The notes below the pieces were generated by a model, which saw only the letters and a program-made list of their open reading frames with translations, searched no databases and had not been told where the DNA came from. A stretch of DNA of 64,000 nucleotides, taken from a virus (taxonomy: Duplodnaviria > Caudoviricetes). Numbering within the stretch: position 1 is the first letter of the stretch; each line of letters starts with the position of its first letter. Positions 1 to 10,021 of this stretch are shown piece after piece. The DNA lies in the IMG/VR virus record IMGVR_UViG_3300012157_000001, positions 115,402 through 179,401 of that record; one strand, 5' to 3'. The position numbers were made by a program, and so were the translations under genes.

Positions 1-44
1 GAGGGCAGCGCGCCTATCGATCTCCGCTTGCGCTTCAGCAGCAG

Positions 45-383
45 TCACTTTTCGCATTCCCGAGCGAGTGCGCCGAGGATGGCGTAAGGATCTGCGCTGC
101 CTCGCTGCACACGCTCCGTGAGCACACGGACAGCACCTTCGAGACTCAGACCGCCGAGCGGCGTGCCGCGCGCAGCTTCTTTTGGATCGACCCACAAGTT
201 AAAGTCGATAAGTACGTTCGGGCGCCGTTGCAGTTCCCGCGGCGGCAGACCGCGACAGTGTCGGCAGTACCGTTCAAGCGCCGCCTCGAACGTCTTCTCC
301 CAACCGCCGAGCGCCCCGAATGCGACCTCGCGTTCGACTTCGTCCGAGGCGCTCACCCGCCTTCCTTCCAGGCGCGCACGCAC
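45..383 (-). CDS. hypothetical protein
   Basis: ORF coupled to the ASCH gene; true start probably the GTG near 356. Confidence 0.5.
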   Translation of the reverse strand: MRARLEGRRVSASDEVEREVAFGALGGWEKTFEAALERYCRHCRGLPPRELQRRPNVLIDFNLWVDPKEAARGTPLGGLSLEGAVRVLTERVQRGSADPYAILGALARECEK

Positions 384-784
384 CGCCTAACAGCATCTGC
401 CACGTCGTCGGGAATGCGGAAGAAACCGAGTGCGCCTTTGCATGGGAGTGGCTCCGGCAGCGCAATGACATCCGCCAACGTCAGAGCGCCAGGGCCAACG
501 AAGTAGGGCGAGTCGTGCTCTTCGACAAAACCCGTGATCGTCATCGCGCCGACGATCGCGCCGCGCGGCAGCTCGCCGAGCGGAGGCACCCGCAGGCCAG
601 CCACCTCCAGAATGAACGCCGCGGCGTCCTGGTACTCCCGCTTGCCGCAGCCGGACGAGGCGTGCAGCAGCACACGTCCCCGGAACAGTCGATTCGGGTT
701 GTCCGGCTGCCAATCTCTGTTCTCGACGGGCTTGCCGTTCAGAATGGCGAAGGCCCATGGTTGCCGGACCGACAGGCCTCTCAC
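353..784 (-). CDS. ASCH domain protein
   Basis: LSVRQPWAFAILNGKPVENR...GRVLLHAS, the ASCH GxKxxExR signature. Confidence 0.9.
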   Translation of the reverse strand: MRGLSVRQPWAFAILNGKPVENRDWQPDNPNRLFRGRVLLHASSGCGKREYQDAAAFILEVAGLRVPPLGELPRGAIVGAMTITGFVEEHDSPYFVGPGALTLADVIALPEPLPCKGALGFFRIPDDVADAVRRCVRAWKEGG

Positions 785-1251
785 GTCCCGCGCTCCACCG
801 ACCGGCGTCGCAATTTCCGCGCGATACGGATCCCGCGCAGAGCCGCGAGCAGTCGGCGTGCATCATCTCCGCTTTCCACGGCCGTGGACAGGCTGCCGGC
901 GCGCACTAAGTACGCCACGCGCAGGCAGCCTGTACCCTCGCTCAGCGATTCGCCGGAGAGTGCCGCCATCGCGCGTTGACGATCGATCTCCCGAAACGCT
1001 TCCGGGTGCGCATGGAATGCGAGGTGACCCTCGTCGTCCATCTCGACAACATGCATCTCGTCGCCGCATCGGACGCGGTACCTGCGACTCACGGCTCCTC
1101 CGAATACCAAGGCTTCGGTCGGGGGGCCCACGCACAGTCGCACCAGAGACGCCGTTTGCACTCGCCCACGTCGTAGTCGCAGATGAGACTGTCTGCCTCG
1201 GCGTTGGGAAGGCAGTAGACGAGCGAGCGACCTAGCACGGGTCGTTCGCAC
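781..1251 (-). CDS. hypothetical protein (start uncertain)
   Basis: stop overlaps the ASCH start; C-terminal part reads as a real protein. Confidence 0.45.
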   Translation of the reverse strand: MRTTRARSLARLLPSQRRGRQSHLRLRRGRVQTASLVRLCVGPPTEALVFGGAVSRRYRVRCGDEMHVVEMDDEGHLAFHAHPEAFREIDRQRAMAALSGESLSEGTGCLRVAYLVRAGSLSTAVESGDDARRLLAALRGIRIARKLRRRSVERGT

Positions 1252-1357
1252 GCCTGCATCGAGTCGTCTTCAACGAAGACGTCCCAGAGCCGCGCGTGGT
1301 GCGTCTCCCAGGCCACGAGCGCCAGGCCGACGGCTGCCGAGATGAACGCGATGCGCC

Positions 1358-2719
1358 TCATGCAGCCTTTTCCTTCGGATCGCGAATCTTGAGCACACGC
1401 TTCGCGTATCGCGGCGGCGGGTAGTGCTCCTCCACACCCGAGTCTGGATTCAAGATTCCGATCACCAGCTGGCAGCCACGCGGCGGATCTGCGGGCCACG
1501 GCGTGTAGCCATCCGTGAGTACGATGATGACGTTCGCGCGAAGCTTTTGCGCCGCCTCGATGCCGATACCCATATCGGTCCCGCCGCCACCGGCAAGCTC
1601 GACGTCGAACGCATTCGAGACACGCTGAACGCCGCCGTGAACCGCCGCGTCGCAGCAGAGCACCGGCACACGCCGCTGTCCGACCGCACGCAGGATGCCC
1701 TTGATTTCGATCAGTGCCCTGGCGAGCATGAGCTCACCCATCGATCCAGACGTGTCTACGACCACGGCCGCGTCCGGATTCGGCCGAACAAGCGCTGGCA
1801 TGAGCACGCCATGGAAGTTGCCGCGGCGAGCGATCTTCGCATACGAGTAGTCGCACATGCCCCGCGCCATCGTGACGGCGTTCTTCACGAGCGCCGAGAG
1901 CTCACGCTCCCAGGGCACCACCGGCGGTTCGAGCAGCGCCTCGGCCCAGCGCTTCCAGCCGGCGGGCACGTTGCCGCGCGCCGCGGCTGCCTGAATCTCG
2001 CGTGCTACCTGCTGGCGCAGCAGATCGCCCTCGGCTTCGCCAATGCCTGGCTCCTTAGTCGCACCGCCCGGCGCCGGGAGCTCGTACTCGCGCGGCACGC
2101 CGTGCGCACCGCTGCCGCAGTCGCACTTGTCCGGCATCGTGCCGCCGCCGCCTTTGCCGGATTTGCCCTTGCTGCCCAGAGCTCCCTTGCTACCACCGCC
2201 GCCTCCCGACGGCGGCGGCGGGTTCTTCAGGAGCATCTGATAGTACTCCTCCCAGAGCCGCCCCTCAGGATAACCGTACTTGTGCGGCATCGGCGGATCG
2301 CCCGGCAGCGGCATGCCCTCGTTCTTGAGGTCGTCGTTCAGCTCGCAGTCTTCCGCTACGTTGACCAGATGGCGCGTCTGCTCCTGCTGTTCGAGCGGCG
2401 CCGCACACAACACCATGTCGGCGCGTTCATGGTGCTTTCTGAGCCAGTGTCCAATTTCGTGCACGAGCACGCTCGCCGCCTCCTCGACGGACCATTTGTC
2501 CTGCGGCACACCCGTGCCGATGTGGATCCTGTTCGGATCGATGTAAACCCGGCCGTACTTGTCCACGGCCATAGTGAGCGGCATGAGGATGCCGCCGCCA
2601 AGATCGACCATCGTATTGGGGCGCGGCACGAGATGCATCGCGAAGAGCGCCGTCGCGAAGTACGGTCGCTTGTGCGCCGCAAGGAAGCGAACCGTTGCGA
2701 TCTTCGTCTTGTCGTCCAT
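1358..2719 (-). CDS. VWA-like protein with N-terminal HExxH metallopeptidase-like domain (DUF2201 type)
   Basis: LVHEIGHWL; MIDAS VVVDTSGSM; GGGGTDM; LTDGYTPWP. Confidence 0.88.
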   Translation of the reverse strand: MDDKTKIATVRFLAAHKRPYFATALFAMHLVPRPNTMVDLGGGILMPLTMAVDKYGRVYIDPNRIHIGTGVPQDKWSVEEAASVLVHEIGHWLRKHHERADMVLCAAPLEQQEQTRHLVNVAEDCELNDDLKNEGMPLPGDPPMPHKYGYPEGRLWEEYYQMLLKNPPPPSGGGGGSKGALGSKGKSGKGGGGTMPDKCDCGSGAHGVPREYELPAPGGATKEPGIGEAEGDLLRQQVAREIQAAAARGNVPAGWKRWAEALLEPPVVPWERELSALVKNAVTMARGMCDYSYAKIARRGNFHGVLMPALVRPNPDAAVVVDTSGSMGELMLARALIEIKGILRAVGQRRVPVLCCDAAVHGGVQRVSNAFDVELAGGGGTDMGIGIEAAQKLRANVIIVLTDGYTPWPADPPRGCQLVIGILNPDSGVEEHYPPPRYAKRVLKIRDPKEKAA

Positions 2720-2721
2720 GT

Positions 2722-2934
2722 TCAGTTTAGCCTCTGTTGGGGGTCCGGCTGCACGAGTGCCTTGATGAGCTTCCTTTGTGACTCGATCAGCTGCATGTCC
2801 GCCTCTCGCGCGCGCTTGTAGGTGGCGACACTTCTCCGGTACGACTCTATCGTTTTCCCGTAGCTCCGTCGGACGACAAGGGTGAGGATCAGCGACGCGA
2901 CTGCGACCGCAAGCGTGAATAGATTGAGCAGCAT
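2722..2934 (-). CDS. small membrane protein
   Basis: N-terminal hydrophobic helix; fits operon spacing. Confidence 0.6.
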   Translation of the reverse strand: MLLNLFTLAVAVASLILTLVVRRSYGKTIESYRRSVATYKRAREADMQLIESQRKLIKALVQPDPQQRLN

Positions 2935-2952
2935 TAGCCTCTCGTTCTTACG

Positions 2953-3417
2953 TCAGAGCCAGCGGCTCGCTTCCTCGCAGAGCTCGTAGCAGCGCTTCCT
3001 GGCGCGCTCGATCCCGAGCACGATCCGCAGCGCGACATCGACGTCGGTTCCGGCGCGGTGCGCAAGTTCCTTTGCCGCGAGGCCAGCGTCCATGTGGCGT
3101 CGAGAAGCGCCGCGCGCCGGATGAATCGTCACCAGCGGCGTAGGCTTTGTGTCGAAGGTGCCGTCCGGGTACGCGCTCTTCAGCGCCAGATGGATGTGGA
3201 CAGTCGCGCCGCGCCGGAGCGCGACTCGGATGTAGTCGCGCCCGGCCTTGCTCCTGCGGAGATCCCGCACCGCTTCGATGAGCCCACACTTTCCGAGCGA
3301 GAGGCGCACGTCCCGGTAGTTGCCGAGCCCCTTACGGAGGAGGGCCTCCACTGGCTCGCTACCGGTGCCGCCGCTCAGCGCGGCTACCGCAACTTCTCGT
3401 CGTAGATTCGCCTTCAT
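2953..3417 (-). CDS. hypothetical protein
   Basis: ATGA-coupled ORF in the minus-strand operon. Confidence 0.6.
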   Translation of the reverse strand: MKANLRREVAVAALSGGTGSEPVEALLRKGLGNYRDVRLSLGKCGLIEAVRDLRRSKAGRDYIRVALRRGATVHIHLALKSAYPDGTFDTKPTPLVTIHPARGASRRHMDAGLAAKELAHRAGTDVDVALRIVLGIERARKRCYELCEEASRWL

Positions 3418-3680
3418 CCTGAGAACTCCTCGTCCGGGCGCACCAGTTCGTTCCGGTCCTGCTCAAACGTCTCTGCCGTTGGGCCGTCGAGCACGATCAC
3501 CAAGGCGTCGCGCCGAGCATGAAAGAGAATGCCCGTAGGACGGCGCACCACGCGGCCCGGAGTCCGAAGGCCGACGCTGTCGATGCTCAGGCCTATCTGG
3601 ACTTCCTTCGGTGCGAGTCCACGTGCCTCACAGAACCGAAGGAGGTCCAGCAGCGTCAGCCTTTTGCCGTCCAATCGCAT
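3414..3680 (-). CDS. hypothetical protein
   Basis: MRLDGKRL... start overlaps the ATPase stop. Confidence 0.55.
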   Translation of the reverse strand: MRLDGKRLTLLDLLRFCEARGLAPKEVQIGLSIDSVGLRTPGRVVRRPTGILFHARRDALVIVLDGPTAETFEQDRNELVRPDEEFSG

Positions 3681-4852
3681 CAGATGATCCCTGCCGCTTT
3701 CAGAATCGGCACGAACGCCGAGACCTCCTTCGGCAGCTTGGTGTCGCCCGGTCGGTTCTGCGCGAGCAGCCGCGCGCTCGACGCAGCAACGTCCGGACGC
3801 TGCTGCGTCGTTGCCTTCGCGAGCACGGCCCAGCCCGCGTTCCACCGCTTCGGTGTGTTGTTCGCGAGAACGACCGCAACCACGGCCGTGAGCACGGCGA
3901 ACGCGCGGTCTCCACGCTCCGGCAGCTTGAGCGACTCCGGGTTCGCCAGCACCACCTCCGGGTCCGGTAGGTCGAGCTCGCTGATGTACTGAACGAACTC
4001 CAAACCAGCTCCGGGGCCTACGCAGCCGCCAACGCACTGCACGAGCACGTCGTGCGGGAGCGCGCCCCTCGTGTCGCCGACGCCGTAGCCGATCGCCTTG
4101 CACGCGGCGATGAGACGCTCCGCCATCGTCCACGACCGAAACGTCGGAAACGGCTTCGACCGCAGCGCGGCTTCGTCGGGCATCTTGACGATCGCATCCG
4201 GCCGAGCGTTTGCGAATGCGGCCACCATGGTCCGCGCCCATGGCAGGTTCTTCTCCCACTCCTTCGGCAGCTCGGCGCCGCAATCCGGATCCGGGAACCC
4301 GGCGATGTGCTGCTGGTTCCAGTACGCGACGGGCATCTCCCATCCGAGCTGGCAGAACCGGTTCGAGAGCGGCGCCGAGAGCTCGTAGCCGCTCTCAGCG
4401 ATCTCCGGCGGGTTCATCGCAACGACCGTGGCGAGGTTCTTGATCTCCACCTCTCCCCACACACCGTCGGTCACACCGCGCATCGTTGCCGACCGCGTAG
4501 CCGGCGCGCCGTTCGAGAACTCGTCGAGGAACAGGCCGGGGCGCTTCGCCCTTGCGAGACGTCGGAGCCAGCGGAGCGGCACCATGTCCACGCAGCGGCC
4601 GTCCTCTGACCGGCGCTCGATCACGTGACCGTCCTTCCCCGTCTCCGCAACGGGAACGTCCGGAACGGGAAACCCGCCGTACTCCGTCGGCTCATGCAAC
4701 GCGACGATCGAGAGCGCATGGTCGTCGCACCATCTCTTGAACAGCGTCCGCACGATCGCTGTCTTCGCCTCTCCCACGCCGCCCTCTAAGAGCGCCGGGA
4801 CTTGGGTCTGGATGCAGAGTGACAGCGCCTTGATCTTGGACTCGAAGTTCAT
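3680..4852 (-). CDS. MoxR-like AAA+ ATPase
   Basis: Walker A GGVGEAKT, Walker B LFLDEFS, AMNPP, LSAPLSNRF, RSW; near a VWA gene. Confidence 0.88.
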   Translation of the reverse strand: MNFESKIKALSLCIQTQVPALLEGGVGEAKTAIVRTLFKRWCDDHALSIVALHEPTEYGGFPVPDVPVAETGKDGHVIERRSEDGRCVDMVPLRWLRRLARAKRPGLFLDEFSNGAPATRSATMRGVTDGVWGEVEIKNLATVVAMNPPEIAESGYELSAPLSNRFCQLGWEMPVAYWNQQHIAGFPDPDCGAELPKEWEKNLPWARTMVAAFANARPDAIVKMPDEAALRSKPFPTFRSWTMAERLIAACKAIGYGVGDTRGALPHDVLVQCVGGCVGPGAGLEFVQYISELDLPDPEVVLANPESLKLPERGDRAFAVLTAVVAVVLANNTPKRWNAGWAVLAKATTQQRPDVAASSARLLAQNRPGDTKLPKEVSAFVPILKAAGII

Positions 4853-4874
4853 CGTCGTCGGTTCCCTTTCTTTA

Positions 4875-5165
4875 TCAGACGGCAGCAGTGCTGCCAGAGT
4901 TTTCGCCGCGCAGCAAGCCCATCGCGAGATCCAGCACTTCCGCGCCCGGATCGCCCAGCACCCGCCAGACCACCAGGGCCACCGGGCGGCTCGGCCTCCG
5001 CGACCAGTCCCGGATGTCCGCCGCCGCCTCGGCCAGTTCCTCGGCCGATAGGCCGTGACGCGCCGCGGCCGCTGCGATGCGTTCCGCGTCTACGCTCGGC
5101 CTAGTTTCTAGGTCGCCCTTCCGGAGCGCCCGGTCGATTGCTGCCAGTGCTGCCATGCTAGCCAT
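4875..5165 (-). CDS. hypothetical protein
   Basis: ORF with upstream AGGAAGGA RBS. Confidence 0.5.
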   Translation of the reverse strand: MASMAALAAIDRALRKGDLETRPSVDAERIAAAAARHGLSAEELAEAAADIRDWSRRPSRPVALVVWRVLGDPGAEVLDLAMGLLRGENSGSTAAV

Positions 5166-5306
5166 TCCTTCCTACGCCCGCGCCGTACCGAACCTTCCCC
5201 GGTGGGTAACGCAGGTTAGACGTAGCGACCGGTCCGTTTATTCAGTAGCGCCAGTGGTAGCAGTGCAGCCACTCCCGCATGGGGGCACCGGTCCGCGGTG
5301 ATTGGT

Positions 5307-6425
5307 TCACAGGCTCGTCTGACAAGGTCCCGCTGTACCGGCCGTGCCGCCCGCCGTTCCGACCGCGGCGCCGCCAGGCCCTCCCGCGGCGCCGGTGATC
5401 ACGGTGCAGTAATTATTGTTGATGTCCCAGAGCACAATGAGGCCCCCGTCGCCACCGTTTCCCCCGTCGCCACCGTTGAGGGATCCGGTCCCGCCGACAC
5501 CGCCTCTTCCGCCACTTGCATTGATCCAATTCACCCCTGGGGCTGATCCGAGAAGCTCTTCGTACACGATAAGGATGACACCGCCACCGCCACCGCCACC
5601 CGCGCCGCCGCCACCCTTGGATCCGGCGCTCGCGTTGCCTCCCGCACCGCCTATTTGGCCTCCAGCAAAGATCGTGTCCGCGATAGTCAGAGGGCCTCTC
5701 TTGATCTTCCTCGCGAAGATTGCGATCGTAAATCCAGCGGCGCCCCCCGCTCCCGCTCCGGCGCCGCTTGCACCGTCCCCGCCGCCGCCGCCACCTCCGG
5801 CGCCGCCAGCACCAGGACGGCCGGCGACTGCTCGCACGGCAGTACCGGTAACGTAGTTTCGAAAGAGGTTCGCGACGACGTGATCGAGTCTCGGTCGCGC
5901 GAGGCACACTCCTCCCGCGCGGGCGATGCCTCCGATGCCGGAGCTCCCGTCTCCGCCCTTACCGCTCGCACCTCCGTTTCCCCCTAACCCTGTGTTCTGG
6001 TTTGCCGGAGCCACTGCTTGCACGCCAGCGGCGATGCCGCCGGCACCGCCCGTGCTCCCGCCGCCTCCTCCACCGGCCGTGTTACCGTCTACGTCGGGAC
6101 GGCCCGCTGGGGCTATGCCGCCAGCGCCGCCCGCAGCTCCGGCAGGTGCGGGGGACGCTGCGGGGGTGTTTTGGATGGTGCCAGGTATCACCCCGGCTTG
6201 TGATAGGTCGAGCGTGTCGTTCACGTAGAGGTTGTAGGTGACCATCACGATCTGACTGCCGCCGGGTACCTTCGTGACGTTTCGCCAGAACTCGTCTCCC
6301 CCTAAGTTGTGGTTCGAGCCGGTACTGACGACGAGGTTACCGCTATTGCCGCTCCCGAAGATCATGCTTCGAAAGCAGTTTGGGACCAGGTTCCCTTCGA
6401 TCTGAACGTCGCGGATGATGTTCAT
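5307..6425 (-). CDS. glycine-rich protein, putative virion/fibre protein
   Basis: Gly/Ala runs; paralog of 6422-7531 (SMIFGSG, DTLDLS, VYEELLGS). Confidence 0.8.
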   Translation of the reverse strand: MNIIRDVQIEGNLVPNCFRSMIFGSGNSGNLVVSTGSNHNLGGDEFWRNVTKVPGGSQIVMVTYNLYVNDTLDLSQAGVIPGTIQNTPAASPAPAGAAGGAGGIAPAGRPDVDGNTAGGGGGGSTGGAGGIAAGVQAVAPANQNTGLGGNGGASGKGGDGSSGIGGIARAGGVCLARPRLDHVVANLFRNYVTGTAVRAVAGRPGAGGAGGGGGGGDGASGAGAGAGGAAGFTIAIFARKIKRGPLTIADTIFAGGQIGGAGGNASAGSKGGGGAGGGGGGGVILIVYEELLGSAPGVNWINASGGRGGVGGTGSLNGGDGGNGGDGGLIVLWDINNNYCTVITGAAGGPGGAAVGTAGGTAGTAGPCQTSL

Positions 6426-7531
6426 AGATTGGACGTCGTGACGGCTCCGAGTCCGCCAGTACCTCCGATGAGCCCAGACGCCGCGCTGCCGCCGCTACCG
6501 TTCACTCCTATGACGATCGTGAACACGCCGGTTTTGATGTTGCAAAGCACGATGACGCCGCCGCCTCCGCCAGCCGCACCGTTGCCGCCGGCATTGGTGC
6601 CGTCACCGCCGTCACCGCCGTTGCCGCCGGAAACATCGAGCCACGCAGAAGGTGGAAGAGAACCGAGAAGCTCTTCATACACGATGTAGATGACGCCTCC
6701 GCCACCGCCGCCGCCTGCTCCGCCTCCACCGCGCGTGCCCGCTGGGGCAGTGCCGCCTTTTCCGCCCTTGAATCCTATTGCTTGGATGCACCCCGCTGGA
6801 GTATCGGCGTCCCGCTTGATTCTGCGCGCGTAGATCCAAATGTCGCCTGCGCCGCCCGCTCCGCCGCCCCCGCCGGCCCCAGCAACGCCACCGCTACCGC
6901 CACCGCCACCGCCGCCGGCACCGCTAGCACCACCGCGTACGGGAATGGCCCGAACCGCTGTCGTGATGGCGTAGACGACGAACGGGGACGTGAGGACGCG
7001 AAAGATTCTCGGTATGCCGGTGATGATGCCGCCGGCTCTCGCGCCTCCGCCTGCACCCGCAGTTCCGGCGCCTCCGGCACCACTGGCTCCGCCACTTCCA
7101 CCGCGGCCTCCGATGAGGTTCGTGACGATGCCCCCTAGGCCCCCGGTCGTTGCGCCGCCGGTGCCGCCGATCGTTCCTGGATTCGTACCACCGAGAGTCG
7201 AGCCGTCCACTTCTGCGAGCGCCGCGCCAGCCGTGCCGGCTGTGGCGGTCGCGCCGCCGGTGCCGCCGGTACCGGCGATGTTATTCGTGTTGATGGCTGC
7301 GATGGGTGCGACAGAGAGGTCGAGCGTGTCTCGGACGTAGATCGTAGAGAGACCAGGTTGAAGAGCGCCGGTCCCCGAGATGGTGAGGTTTTCGGCGTAC
7401 AAGTCCTGCGCAAGCAGAGTCGTGCCGGCGGCGATGGCTTGGTCGCCGTCTAGGCCACTGCCGAAGAGCATCGAGCGCGCAACGTTCGGTACGAACGTCG
7501 GGTCGATCTGTTTTCCTTGAATGAGTGGCAT
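6422..7531 (-). CDS. glycine-rich protein, putative virion/fibre protein
   Basis: SMLFGSGLDGD, DTLDLS, VYEELLGS shared with its neighbour. Confidence 0.8.
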   Translation of the reverse strand: MPLIQGKQIDPTFVPNVARSMLFGSGLDGDQAIAAGTTLLAQDLYAENLTISGTGALQPGLSTIYVRDTLDLSVAPIAAINTNNIAGTGGTGGATATAGTAGAALAEVDGSTLGGTNPGTIGGTGGATTGGLGGIVTNLIGGRGGSGGASGAGGAGTAGAGGGARAGGIITGIPRIFRVLTSPFVVYAITTAVRAIPVRGGASGAGGGGGGGSGGVAGAGGGGGAGGAGDIWIYARRIKRDADTPAGCIQAIGFKGGKGGTAPAGTRGGGGAGGGGGGGVIYIVYEELLGSLPPSAWLDVSGGNGGDGGDGTNAGGNGAAGGGGGVIVLCNIKTGVFTIVIGVNGSGGSAASGLIGGTGGLGAVTTSNL

Positions 7532-7546
7532 CCGGCGCGACCCTAC

Positions 7547-8140
7547 CTATGACGACACGTCGTAAAAGAAGCTGACCTGATCCTTAGTCGCGTCAAGGTT
7601 GAAGCCGGCCACGCTCATGTTCCAATAGAGAAAGTCTCCTGCGACGACGTCCCGAAGCAACCGCGCCGTGACTCCTCCGTCGCCTGAGAAGTAGCAGTCG
7701 ACTCCTACTTTCGTGCCATCGCCTACGATGTACGGGAACGCCGGGTTTATGCCCACGCCGATATATCCTCCGTTTGCTGAGGATGAAGCCGGAGTGAGGG
7801 CAACCGGCGTTGGACACGCTAGGTCCCCGTCCACCGTAGTGGTCGCAGCTGTCATGCCCTTATTCGCGGTAGTCGGCGTTGCGTTTACGGTAGGCCCCGA
7901 GGACGACGCAGCGAGCCATCGACCTGGGCCATTCAATGGTGCAAGCACCAGGTTTCCGTCGGGCGCAGCGGTGCTCTGCTTGTCCAGGCGGTAGGCGAGC
8001 TGAGCTTCGATGCAGTAGACGACCGCGCCGTCCGCGAGCGGCGTCGTGTTGAGTCCGACTACGCTCGACCCCGGGTCTCCCGCCTTCGTGAGACGCGGGC
8101 TCAGGATCATCAGCGCTGGCGGAAAGTCCTGGTAGCTCAT
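7547..8140 (-). CDS. putative fibre/spike protein with shared N-terminal module (copy 1)
   Basis: MSYQDFPPALMILSPRL...DGN...GPGRWLAA also begins 46565 and 47318. Confidence 0.75.
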   Translation of the reverse strand: MSYQDFPPALMILSPRLTKAGDPGSSVVGLNTTPLADGAVVYCIEAQLAYRLDKQSTAAPDGNLVLAPLNGPGRWLAASSSGPTVNATPTTANKGMTAATTTVDGDLACPTPVALTPASSSANGGYIGVGINPAFPYIVGDGTKVGVDCYFSGDGGVTARLLRDVVAGDFLYWNMSVAGFNLDATKDQVSFFYDVSS

Positions 8141-8225
8141 GGTTTCTCTCGTTGTGGAAGCCAGGCCAGCCGCCAAGGGTAGCGCCGCGATGGAGAGCCG
8201 CGCTACTTTTGTGCCCCGGGTTCAC

Positions 8226-8804
8226 ATGGTTGATTCTTCTAGGCGCCAGGGGTCAGGTGACGGCCACATTTTGATTTCCGGCACAGGGCGCGCCGGGACC
8301 ACGCTGCTCGTCAAGTACTTCACTGCGCTCGGCTTCGATACCGGATTCACCAAAGAGCACGCGCAGTCGATCAACACGGGGCTAGAACATGTTTCAGACA
8401 AGGAGCCGCTGCCCTACGTGATCAAGTCTCCGCACTACGCCGACCTCCTGGGAGTGTGCCTGGAGCAGCGTACCCTCGACATCAAGTGCTGCATCGTTCC
8501 AGTGCGCCGACTTTTCGATGCTGCCGAGAGTCGGCGACAAGCGGGTTTGGTTTGGCTGACCAAGGAGCCGCAACACCAAGAGGGTGTGCTCACATCGCAG
8601 CTCTACAAGTTGATCGAGGCGCTAGTCCGCCACGACGTTCCGACGTACTTCTTGCACTTTCCTACGTTCGCGGCATCGGCGGAACGCCTTTACCTGGGAC
8701 TGAAGCGCGTGCTCGACGAGCACGGAGTATCTCGCGAGGAGTCCGACGCTGCACACCGCGAAGTCGTCGATCTTCAGCTCATCCACCGGTTTTCGAGCGA
8801 CTGA
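8226..8804 (+). CDS. sulfotransferase-like P-loop protein
   Basis: ILISGTGRAGTTLL (5'-PSB-like loop), IKSPH, VRRLFDAAESR. Confidence 0.6.
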   Translation: MVDSSRRQGSGDGHILISGTGRAGTTLLVKYFTALGFDTGFTKEHAQSINTGLEHVSDKEPLPYVIKSPHYADLLGVCLEQRTLDIKCCIVPVRRLFDAAESRRQAGLVWLTKEPQHQEGVLTSQLYKLIEALVRHDVPTYFLHFPTFAASAERLYLGLKRVLDEHGVSREESDAAHREVVDLQLIHRFSSD

Positions 8805-8805
8805 C

Positions 8806-9381
8806 TCAAACTCGTTTTAGCACCGTGAGACCGTTGTTGTTGGTGCGTCGCTCAGCGAGCGACCACTCTGGATGCCTACCGAGAAACTCCTCCACGGCGC
8901 CCCAGAGCCCCGGCGCTGCGCCGTCCTCACCCTTGGGGCCGAACGTTTCTGTGTCGTGCATCGCGATGTACCTACGCACATGCTCGCTGTGACGTTCGAG
9001 CTCGACCAGTAGCTGGTGATAGACGTGGTAGGTGTCGATGAAGAGGAGATCGGTCGGTTCGATGGTCAGCGTGAGCGTATCAGCTTGCTCGAACTTAAAG
9101 TTGATCTCCGCCTGCTCCGACAGCCGCTCCTGCAGCTCCAGATCGGTGCCCCGGTAGTTCCGGTTCGCCTGGTCCCTGCTCAGCAGATCGTAGCTCCGCA
9201 GTGTCCGAGGCCGTGCCTGCAGAAAGGCCCAGGTCGAGCGACCGATGCCGAACTCCGTGACGTGCGCGCACTCTTCGGCGAGCTCACACAATCGGCGCAT
9301 GTGCTCGTTGATGTCCGTCTGCATCTCGCAGGACTCCAGGAACGTGCGCTCGATTTCATCTATCGGTGCGATTGCCTCCAT
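8806..9381 (-). CDS. class I SAM-dependent methyltransferase (Methyltransf_24-like)
   Basis: HVTEFG, DLLFIDTYH, IAMHDT. Confidence 0.8.
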   Translation of the reverse strand: MEAIAPIDEIERTFLESCEMQTDINEHMRRLCELAEECAHVTEFGIGRSTWAFLQARPRTLRSYDLLSRDQANRNYRGTDLELQERLSEQAEINFKFEQADTLTLTIEPTDLLFIDTYHVYHQLLVELERHSEHVRRYIAMHDTETFGPKGEDGAAPGLWGAVEEFLGRHPEWSLAERRTNNNGLTVLKRV

Positions 9382-9388
9382 GGCGACT

Positions 9389-10018
9389 TCACCGCGAGTA
9401 GACGGCCCAAAAGTTGTCCGGACCGGTCTCCACTCGAACGAAGCCGGCAGCCTCCAGGATACCGAGCGCGCGCCGCATGCTCGGCCAGTTCGTGTCGTCA
9501 GCGATCCAGACCGCTCGCTTGGCCATCTTCGGGAGCCACGTCGTGACATCTCGGCACGACACGAGCTCGGAGTGGTTCGAGTCAAGATGCATCAGATCGA
9601 TCGAACCGTCCTCGTAGTCGCTCAAGGCGTCGGTGGTACGCTTGCGAACGACACTAGCAAAGTCCGCCACATCGAACCGTTTCACTCCGTCGATCGTGTG
9701 GCGTACCAGCGCCTCGTAGTCCGTGTCATGTCCCCAGAGCTTCTTGTCGACGTCTGACTGCTCACCTTCCAAGCAGTCCTCGCTCGACCACGAATCGATG
9801 CCGTCGATCCTTCCACGACCCGCGAGCTTCAACCCGAGAGCGAGCGCCACAAGGCTCCTACCTCCGTAGACGCCTAGCTCCACCGCTCGTTCGCCCCCAA
9901 GGGCTGCAGCCTCAAGAGCGATGTGCATGATGCGCTTCGCCTTGTACGGGGTGCACCAGCCAGGGAGCGAGGTGATCTGGGCATCGAGCAAAGCTTCGGC
10001 TTCAACAAAACTCTTCAT
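9389..10018 (-). CDS. class I SAM-dependent methyltransferase (Methyltransf_24-like)
   Basis: VELGVYGGRS, IDLMHLDSNHS, IADDTNW. Confidence 0.88.
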   Translation of the reverse strand: MKSFVEAEALLDAQITSLPGWCTPYKAKRIMHIALEAAALGGERAVELGVYGGRSLVALALGLKLAGRGRIDGIDSWSSEDCLEGEQSDVDKKLWGHDTDYEALVRHTIDGVKRFDVADFASVVRKRTTDALSDYEDGSIDLMHLDSNHSELVSCRDVTTWLPKMAKRAVWIADDTNWPSMRRALGILEAAGFVRVETGPDNFWAVYSR

Positions 10019-10021
10019 GGC

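Noticed and set aside
1424-2821. Long antisense or alternate-frame ORFs (also 28298-29617, 31185-32387, 50246-51586, 50553-51995, 52541-53773, 55106-56278)
   Set aside because: High-GC shadow frames opposite well-supported genes.
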